Notes under the pieces: generated by a model
Database searches by the model: none
What the model was told of the DNA's origin: nothing
Seen by the model: the letters and a program-made list of their open reading frames with translations, nothing else
Source of the DNA: a virus
Virus record (IMG/VR): IMGVR_UViG_3300045988_118513
Reading direction: 5' to 3' (one strand)
DNA: 46,064 bases
Shown: positions 40,249-46,064 of the stretch, in pieces
How the letters are laid out: each line of letters opens with the position of its first letter
How positions within the stretch are numbered: the first letter of the stretch is position 1
Position numbers and translations under genes: made by a program

Positions 40249-41109
40249 CTACCGCTTGAACTTGCGGTAGTAGTAACTCCGCCAGCCGGACTTACCCTTC
40301 AAGCCCTTACCGCCGAAATCGTTGTACCAAAGATTCTGCATCTCACGATTCACCGCGAAACGCGACCCCTCAATACTTGACCCCGCAAACAGGGGCAGGG
40401 CGTAACAATGACAATTCGGGTGATAGCCATGTGTCCCATTCGGATGCGACACGTCATGCCGCAACGCCTCATGCTTGCCCGAATACACCGCGCCGCGAGA
40501 CAGTAGCATCGCGCAGAACGCGCACGGCGTGCCCGTCCCGGACACCCTAATCCACGCCTGCCTAGCCGGGTCGCGATCACCCATGTCACGCACCACCGAC
40601 CGGACGCCGCCAGCCGCCGCCTGCTGACCCACGCCAGCCACAACGCCAGACGACACCTCGCCAGCCTCAAGCCGGGCACGCAACAACGCCTGCGCCGCCT
40701 TCACATCCACATCACGCAACGCAGACAAGTTCGACGTCGACTGCTTATCCACCGCAACGCGCACGCCCTCCAACGACGTCGCAGCCAACGCCTTCACCCC
40801 AGCCGCCTCGTTAAACTCACGCACCAAGTCGCCCAGCGTCACCTCGCCGCCCTGCGCGTGACCACGAATAGGGGAGGGGACCGTACGCCCCGTCTGCAAC
40901 GCCCGCAGTAGCCGGTAGAACGCCACACCCAGGACAGCGCCACGATCCCACGGCTCAACCAGCATCTCACCAAACCGGGCCGCAACATCACCGCCCTTGT
41001 CCACCTGCTCCCACCAAGCAGACACATCCTGCACAGTCACCAAACTCAACCGGCCAAGCGACGCCTCGAACGCCTTCAACAAGACCTCTACGCGCTTATC
41101 TGCGGGCAC
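40249..41109 (-). CDS. MuF-like / SPP1 gp7-like head morphogenesis protein
   Basis: The C-terminal motif TPCAFCAMLLSRG...YHPNCHCY fits the C..C...H.NC.C signature. The GTG start shares one base with the portal TAG. Confidence 0.7.
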   Translation of the reverse strand: MPADKRVEVLLKAFEASLGRLSLVTVQDVSAWWEQVDKGGDVAARFGEMLVEPWDRGAVLGVAFYRLLRALQTGRTVPSPIRGHAQGGEVTLGDLVREFNEAAGVKALAATSLEGVRVAVDKQSTSNLSALRDVDVKAAQALLRARLEAGEVSSGVVAGVGQQAAAGGVRSVVRDMGDRDPARQAWIRVSGTGTPCAFCAMLLSRGAVYSGKHEALRHDVSHPNGTHGYHPNCHCYALPLFAGSSIEGSRFAVNREMQNLWYNDFGGKGLKGKSGWRSYYYRKFKR

Positions 41110-42611
41110 TACAGGACACCGCCGTCCAAGGACACAGGCTCACCCTCAACGGGCGTCACAGGCGCATCTAGAGCATCCTGCGCGCCCATCGCGCTAAACC
41201 CCCGGACAGCCGCACCAAAATCAGAACCCAACCGCTCCGACGTCGCCAACTCATCCCAACGATCCAACTGAACCGGCGACACGCCAGGAACCATCTCCCA
41301 CAAACCGCGAGACGGAACCCCAATCTCCCGCAACTTCGACAACGCATCCGCCGTCTGAGACAAAGCAGCCGACTCCAAGTCACGCCACAACACCTCGTTA
41401 TGCTCCCACTGGTCGCGCTCCGCGCGACCCTCTAGCACCATGCCAACACGCAGAGTCCGCTCCCACGACTCACCAAACTGAGTCCGGTACAACTCCAACT
41501 TACGGCGGAACGACTTCTCAGCCGCATTCAACGCGTCAGCCGACAGATTAGCCATCTGCCCCAACAGGAAGTTAGGAGGCGTCTGCGAGATAGCAGAAAA
41601 GTCCTTAATCAGCGCGTCCATCGCCGCGATATAGCCCGACTGGTCGCCAACCGGCAGGGAACCAAACTTGCCATCCGGCGACGAGTTAACCAGGAAATCA
41701 CCAGGCCCCGCCGCGATAGGCTGTCGAACGACCCCACCATCCGCGCCAACCACAGGCATGCCATTCTCGTCCACCGCAACCGCAGGTTCCAAGCCTGTCG
41801 CCCACAGAACGCGATGCGCGCCATGCGACTGCTCAAGCAGCAGATTGAACAACATCTGATTGAACGAATCCTGCCAATGCTTCAACGGAAGCACCGCGCC
41901 CTGCACGCGCCCCTCATCATCCATCTGCGACACAAACCGCGTCACCGGACAATGACCAGCACCACCATGCGCAACCCCAGGACCAACAACCGGCTCGCCA
42001 CCACCGTTAGGCAGAACGACGTCGTAACGGTTGTAACGATCCCACGCGACAGCCAAACCAGGCTTAGGTCGACCATCCGGCCCGAAACCCGGATACCGCA
42101 TCACCGACAACGCAAGAATCGCATTATCGTCCGACAGGGCATCCTCAAACAAGCACACGGTGCGCAGAGCTGACAGGACACGCACGTACGCGCGCCCACC
42201 CTCGCCACGCTCAACCACCGTAAACGCCTGGCCGTACGCCACCGCGCTACGATGCACCTGCGCCTGCTTCGCATCCAAATTGCTCCGCTGCCACAAGTCC
42301 CACTCCGGGGATTCAGACGAACGCTCGCCACCTGCTCTCTGTTCCCCCGAACGAAACCCGTCAACCGCCAACGCCTGCGTCGCAGCGTTCACCGGAATCT
42401 CACACCAATTCTGACGAGCACGACGCATCATGGCCTTATGCTCATCCAGCATGCCCTTGGGCGAGTACGGGTCGTCAAAATCGCCACGCAAATACGCGTC
42501 CGCAACCTGCAGGCCATCATCCCAGTCACGATGCAACACGCGCAAGCCCTCAGCTACGAGAGCTTCCAGAGAATCACCAGCATCAATAATTGCCGCCACA
42601 ACACACCACAC
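41109..42611 (-). CDS. Portal protein (500 aa)
   Basis: Assigned by size and by position directly after the large terminase. GTG start at 42611, or possibly at 42599. Confidence 0.8.
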   Translation of the reverse strand: MWCVVAAIIDAGDSLEALVAEGLRVLHRDWDDGLQVADAYLRGDFDDPYSPKGMLDEHKAMMRRARQNWCEIPVNAATQALAVDGFRSGEQRAGGERSSESPEWDLWQRSNLDAKQAQVHRSAVAYGQAFTVVERGEGGRAYVRVLSALRTVCLFEDALSDDNAILALSVMRYPGFGPDGRPKPGLAVAWDRYNRYDVVLPNGGGEPVVGPGVAHGGAGHCPVTRFVSQMDDEGRVQGAVLPLKHWQDSFNQMLFNLLLEQSHGAHRVLWATGLEPAVAVDENGMPVVGADGGVVRQPIAAGPGDFLVNSSPDGKFGSLPVGDQSGYIAAMDALIKDFSAISQTPPNFLLGQMANLSADALNAAEKSFRRKLELYRTQFGESWERTLRVGMVLEGRAERDQWEHNEVLWRDLESAALSQTADALSKLREIGVPSRGLWEMVPGVSPVQLDRWDELATSERLGSDFGAAVRGFSAMGAQDALDAPVTPVEGEPVSLDGGVL

Positions 42612-42613
42612 TC

Positions 42614-44389
42614 CTAGAACCGGAAGAACGACCCCCCAGCCTTCGCGACCGACCTCGACGCCATCTCCGTCTGATAATCCCGATACGCGCCAAACGCCAA
42701 CATCGCCGCCGCATACATGTCGATCTTCTTCTTCGACTCGCGTCCCGCTTTCATAAACGAGACACCATACGGCGTATCCTTACGCAACACATTCAACACA
42801 TGACGACGGAACGACGCAGCCAACTCACGAGAACCACCATGCGACACCTTCCCATCAAGAATCGCCGCCATAAACGCCTCATGCAGATTCACCGTCCGCT
42901 TACGCGAACCACGCATATCCCACGCAATCGGACCCCTATCCGACGCGCGAGCAACAAGCCGCTCACCATAATCAAGAGTCCACTCATGAATGTACGACTC
43001 CCACAACGCAACGTCCGCATAGAACCCAACAACGTCGTAATCACGGAAACACCTGTGGACCATCGAATCCACGCGCTCACGGTCAACCTCCCAGTCGCCC
43101 GCAAGGTCCAACGGCTTTTCCTCCAACAACAACGGCACCATCAAACCATCCGACACACGGATAGCCACCAGCGCCGTAGAGTCATCCGACTTACCACCAT
43201 CAAACCCGAGCACAATCCTGTCACCGGGCTCCAACGTCGCCTTACGCTCGATACGCTTCCACTCCGCCGACGAGAACAAATTACCCTCAGGCTGCCACAC
43301 CTGATTCAGGTACATGCGACGAGACTCCGACGTCGGACGCGACGGATTCAACACCGACCTCCACGCCTCATCAGCATCACACCACACCGAATCACCACGC
43401 ACCGCGTTATACAAAACCTTGAACACGCGCTCATCCAACGGCGTATCATCCGGGGCCTCCAACGAGTCGTAGAACACGTCAGTCTCCGTCGTCAACCCCT
43501 CCAACGACTTCATGAACGCCTCACGGTCGTCCTCAGCCACGCTACCCTCACCCGGCTTATACGCGTTCGTAATCGCCAAGTAACGCGACTTCATCTTCGT
43601 CGTATTACCCTCAACGGTGTTCTTCAACTTCTGCCCGTTATTCTGAGGAAGCCAGTGTTGCGTCTCATTCAACAATGCGAAAGTACAACGATTACCCTCC
43701 GTCGAACGGAATGCCGACGTCTTAACCTCAATACGAGCCGTGTTATTACAACCGCGCACAATTTGCAGCTTTACATCCGCGCCATACTTCGCACGCATCT
43801 TGTCGCCAACAAGCACATGGAACATGTCGAACGTGTTGCTAGTCTGCTCCTGTTTCAACGCGAAAATCTGTACCAACGCCTGAGGACACCGACGCCCCAC
43901 AGGCTCACCATCAGAACCCCAACCAGCAAACCTCGACGGACCAAACGCTTCAACCAAACACAACACCGCGAGCAGCGGGTCTTTACCCCAACCCTTAATC
44001 CGCTGCAGCACCCCGCGACGTCGGTAAATGAACTTACCCTCATCATCAACCGCATACCACCACAACACGATACGCAACTGCTCCAAGGTAAACTCAAACA
44101 CATCCTGATCCGCACCCAACGGCTCAAGATAGTCCGAACACCACCGGGCAATCTCCCAACCCAGAGTATGCTCAGGCAAAACAAACCGGCCATCCTCGCC
44201 ACGCTCCCACGTCGGCCCATAATGCACCGGCTGGAACCGCTCAAGAATCTCCGCATCAGACAAATCATCATAGGGACCCGCAGGGGGTGCCCCAGCCTTA
44301 TCAACATCGACCAAAACCAGGACACCCCCAACCCCATCAACACACAACGAAAAGGCAAGGGCTGCGCCCCCGGCCAACCGGACAAGCAC
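42614..44389 (-). CDS. terL: Terminase large subunit (up to 591 aa; start uncertain)
   Basis: Assigned by size, by position before the portal gene and after the terS/HNH genes, and by an N-terminal ATPase-type plus C-terminal nuclease-type layout. There are only GTG/TTG start options near the 5' end. Confidence 0.8.
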   Translation of the reverse strand: MLVRLAGGAALAFSLCVDGVGGVLVLVDVDKAGAPPAGPYDDLSDAEILERFQPVHYGPTWERGEDGRFVLPEHTLGWEIARWCSDYLEPLGADQDVFEFTLEQLRIVLWWYAVDDEGKFIYRRRGVLQRIKGWGKDPLLAVLCLVEAFGPSRFAGWGSDGEPVGRRCPQALVQIFALKQEQTSNTFDMFHVLVGDKMRAKYGADVKLQIVRGCNNTARIEVKTSAFRSTEGNRCTFALLNETQHWLPQNNGQKLKNTVEGNTTKMKSRYLAITNAYKPGEGSVAEDDREAFMKSLEGLTTETDVFYDSLEAPDDTPLDERVFKVLYNAVRGDSVWCDADEAWRSVLNPSRPTSESRRMYLNQVWQPEGNLFSSAEWKRIERKATLEPGDRIVLGFDGGKSDDSTALVAIRVSDGLMVPLLLEEKPLDLAGDWEVDRERVDSMVHRCFRDYDVVGFYADVALWESYIHEWTLDYGERLVARASDRGPIAWDMRGSRKRTVNLHEAFMAAILDGKVSHGGSRELAASFRRHVLNVLRKDTPYGVSFMKAGRESKKKIDMYAAAMLAFGAYRDYQTEMASRSVAKAGGSFFRF

Positions 44390-44479
44390 GGCCCCAGATG
44401 CTCCACCTACACCTGGCAGGGTAAGACGCCCTTCACAAAAACACAGGCGCGCCGAAACGCAACCCCATCAACACACAAG

Positions 44480-44563
44480 TACCCGTGGCGGGACTCGAAC
44501 CCGCACGCCCCCAGGGCGCCACATTTTGAGTGTGGTGTGTCTACCCAATTCCACCACACGGGC
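44480..44563 (-). tRNA. tRNA-Leu(CAA): tRNA-Leu (anticodon CAA), type II with long variable arm, no encoded CCA
   Basis: Hand-folded: acceptor GCCCGTG/CACGGGT; D stem GTG/CAC with GG loop; anticodon stem CCACA/TGTGG with loop CTCAAAA; variable arm CGCCC-tgg-GGGCG; T-arm GCGGG-TTCGAGT-CCCGC; discriminator A. Confidence 0.9.
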
Positions 44564-44582
44564 AAAAGATGAACCCCCCAGC

Positions 44583-44602
44583 AAAAACCGCCAGGGGGGC
44601 GG
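44583..44602 (-). terminator. Candidate intrinsic terminator or attenuator between the redoxin gene and the tRNA
   Basis: The minus strand reads CCGCC-ccccu-GGCGG followed by TTTTT. Confidence 0.4.
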
Positions 44603-44738
44603 CCGCGAGGCGAACCCCGCTACCACTAACAAGCTAAACCCCGCCAGTCCCGGAGGACGACGAGGAACTAAAATAACTCCGGCCCGAACCCACACCCCAT
44701 TGTGCAGGCCAGGCCGAATTGTCTACCGGGAACAACCT

Positions 44739-44984
44739 CTAAGCGGTCGTCTCAGTAGCAATAACCTCACGCAAACGGTGAATCTGGAAACCGCCAAACC
44801 ACGACCCCACATCACCCGTAGGGGCCACAACCGGCATCGCACTAAACCCATGCTCAACCAACATCTCACGAGCCGCAGAATCGACACTCACATCAACCGT
44901 CTCATACGAGACGCCCGCCTTATCCAAAACACGCTTAGTCGCCACACAAGAACCACAACCAGGCTTGCTATAAACAACAACCAC
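44739..44984 (-). CDS. NrdH/glutaredoxin-like redoxin (81 aa)
   Basis: VVVYSKPGCGSCVATKRVLDKAGVSYETVDV shows a CxxC thioredoxin-fold signature. GTG start. Confidence 0.75.
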   Translation of the reverse strand: MVVVYSKPGCGSCVATKRVLDKAGVSYETVDVSVDSAAREMLVEHGFSAMPVVAPTGDVGSWFGGFQIHRLREVIATETTA

Positions 44985-45009
44985 TCAACAACCCCCACAA
45001 CAACAACCA

Positions 45010-45549
45010 CTACGCAGACCGCAAACGCTCACGGTAACCATCCAACACACTCACCGACGCCGGAACCACACCAGACTCATCAGGCCGCAACTCAATACCA
45101 GCACGACGACGCTCCGACTCCGACATCCCCAACTTCCCCAACTCCATGTAAATCGTCGCCAAACGCTGCGACGACGGATCGCGCAACAGAGGAGGACGAT
45201 CACGAGTAAACCCCCGAGCCTCACGCTCCGACGGCTTCAACGACGCAGCCTCAGCATCCCAACCAGCACGCAACGCACGAGCACGCACAGCCTCATCCTG
45301 CTGCCGCTTATACGCCGACAAATCCTCACACAGAGAGAACGCCATCTCCCAGTCCGTCTGCTGAAACCAAAACGACTGACCAGACTTCCTAATAGCGTCA
45401 TACATGCGCTTCGCCGTCGGATGCCACTTAGCATCCGCCTTACGCGGCGAAACCCCCATCAACACGCCACCAGTCACATGCTGCGTCCTCGACGGACGCT
45501 GATCCACCAACTCATCCCGACGCGCAGGAACAGGACCACTACGAGCCAT
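45010..45549 (-). CDS. terS: Terminase small subunit (179 aa)
   Basis: The N-terminus MARSGPVPARRDE is typical of the P27-like/actinophage small terminase pattern. It lies between the HNH gene and the terL region. Confidence 0.65.
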   Translation of the reverse strand: MARSGPVPARRDELVDQRPSRTQHVTGGVLMGVSPRKADAKWHPTAKRMYDAIRKSGQSFWFQQTDWEMAFSLCEDLSAYKRQQDEAVRARALRAGWDAEAASLKPSEREARGFTRDRPPLLRDPSSQRLATIYMELGKLGMSESERRRAGIELRPDESGVVPASVSVLDGYRERLRSA

Positions 45550-45979
45550 TCACACCACCCCCACGCAAACCAGGATGCGGCTCCACCCTACGGAACCGAC
45601 CCGCAACCTCACGCCTCATACGAGCCAACGCCACATGCCCCTCGCGCGCCGACTTCAACGCATGATGCTCACGACACAACGCCCGCAAATTACCAAACGA
45701 ATCATCATCACCCGGAACAATATGATCAACATCCGTCGCCGGGGCGCCACACACCGACAACGCGTCTATCTTCCACTGACAACGACCACCATCACGCCGC
45801 AACACAGCCGCACGCCTCGATGACCAATCAGACGGCAACCGACGCCGACGATCCGACCGCGACCAAGCCACAACAACCACCAACCAACAACGACCAAGCC
45901 CCGACCGAGGTCCGACCCAGATCCACCAAGCCGCTAATATACTCGACGCCGAGGCAACGACAACAACAACAAAAACCAA
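45539..45979 (-). CDS. HNH endonuclease (start uncertain)
   Basis: CQWKIDALSVCGAPATDVDHIVPGDDDSFGNLRALCREHHALK shows the HNH motif with flanking Cys. The first roughly 40 aa of the ORF are hydrophobic or low-complexity and may not be translated. Confidence 0.75.
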   Translation of the reverse strand: MVFVVVVVASASSILAAWWIWVGPRSGLGRCWLVVVVAWSRSDRRRRLPSDWSSRRAAVLRRDGGRCQWKIDALSVCGAPATDVDHIVPGDDDSFGNLRALCREHHALKSAREGHVALARMRREVAGRFRRVEPHPGLRGGGVNGS

Positions 45980-46064
45980 TTACGTCTTAAGACTTAAAGC
46001 AACGACAGAACTATAATTCAATACCAATTACGTCTTAAGACTTAAAGCAACGACAGAACTATAA
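45975..46064. repeat. 42-bp direct repeat x2 (45975-46016 and 46023-46064, the latter also present as 14-55) with a 6-bp spacer ttcaat
   Basis: accaattacgtcttaagacttaaagcaacgacagaactataa read twice. It contains cttaagacttaa, which recurs at 169-180. Confidence 0.9.

Overview
This window is a complete phage genome. The contig closes on itself: bases 1-55 are identical to 46010-46064, so the unique length is 46,009 bp. It looks like a temperate siphovirus-type tailed phage of a high-GC, actinobacterial-like host. Minus strand, 45.98 to 24.0 kb: HNH endonuclease, small terminase, NrdH-like redoxin, tRNA-Leu(CAA), large terminase, portal, MuF-like protein, scaffold, major capsid, head-tail joining genes, major tail protein, G/GT tail chaperones with a -1 frameshift, a 1622-aa tape measure, minor tail and receptor-binding proteins, an amidase endolysin with cell-wall-binding repeats, and a holin. 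Minus strand, 24.0 to 16.05 kb: early and replication genes (HTH proteins, DnaQ-like exonuclease, Cas4-type nuclease, RecA/DnaB-like ATPase, PD-(D/E)xK resolvase, a DnaG-like primase split over two frames, and a sigma-region-4-like HTH). Plus strand, 1.48 to 15.83 kb: two blocks of small genes with no recognisable domains, ending in a tyrosine integrase. Four things stand out. (1) Block A (1.3-6.9 kb) is punctuated by eight or more copies of a roughly 50-nt tRNA-like element. Each has an acceptor stem, D-arm and T-arm with compensatory base changes, but no anticodon arm. Each is followed by a variable hairpin and a conserved purine-rich translation leader. (2) Block B (8.9-14.5 kb) holds about 13 tandem paralogues of one small protein family, one of them interrupted by an in-frame amber codon. 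(3) An AT-rich, non-coding, repeat and iteron island (about 1-840) sits in an otherwise GC-rich genome. (4) A roughly 108-nt rod-like hairpin carries a CU-rich loop. All calls come from reading the sequence by eye. No database search or folding program was run.
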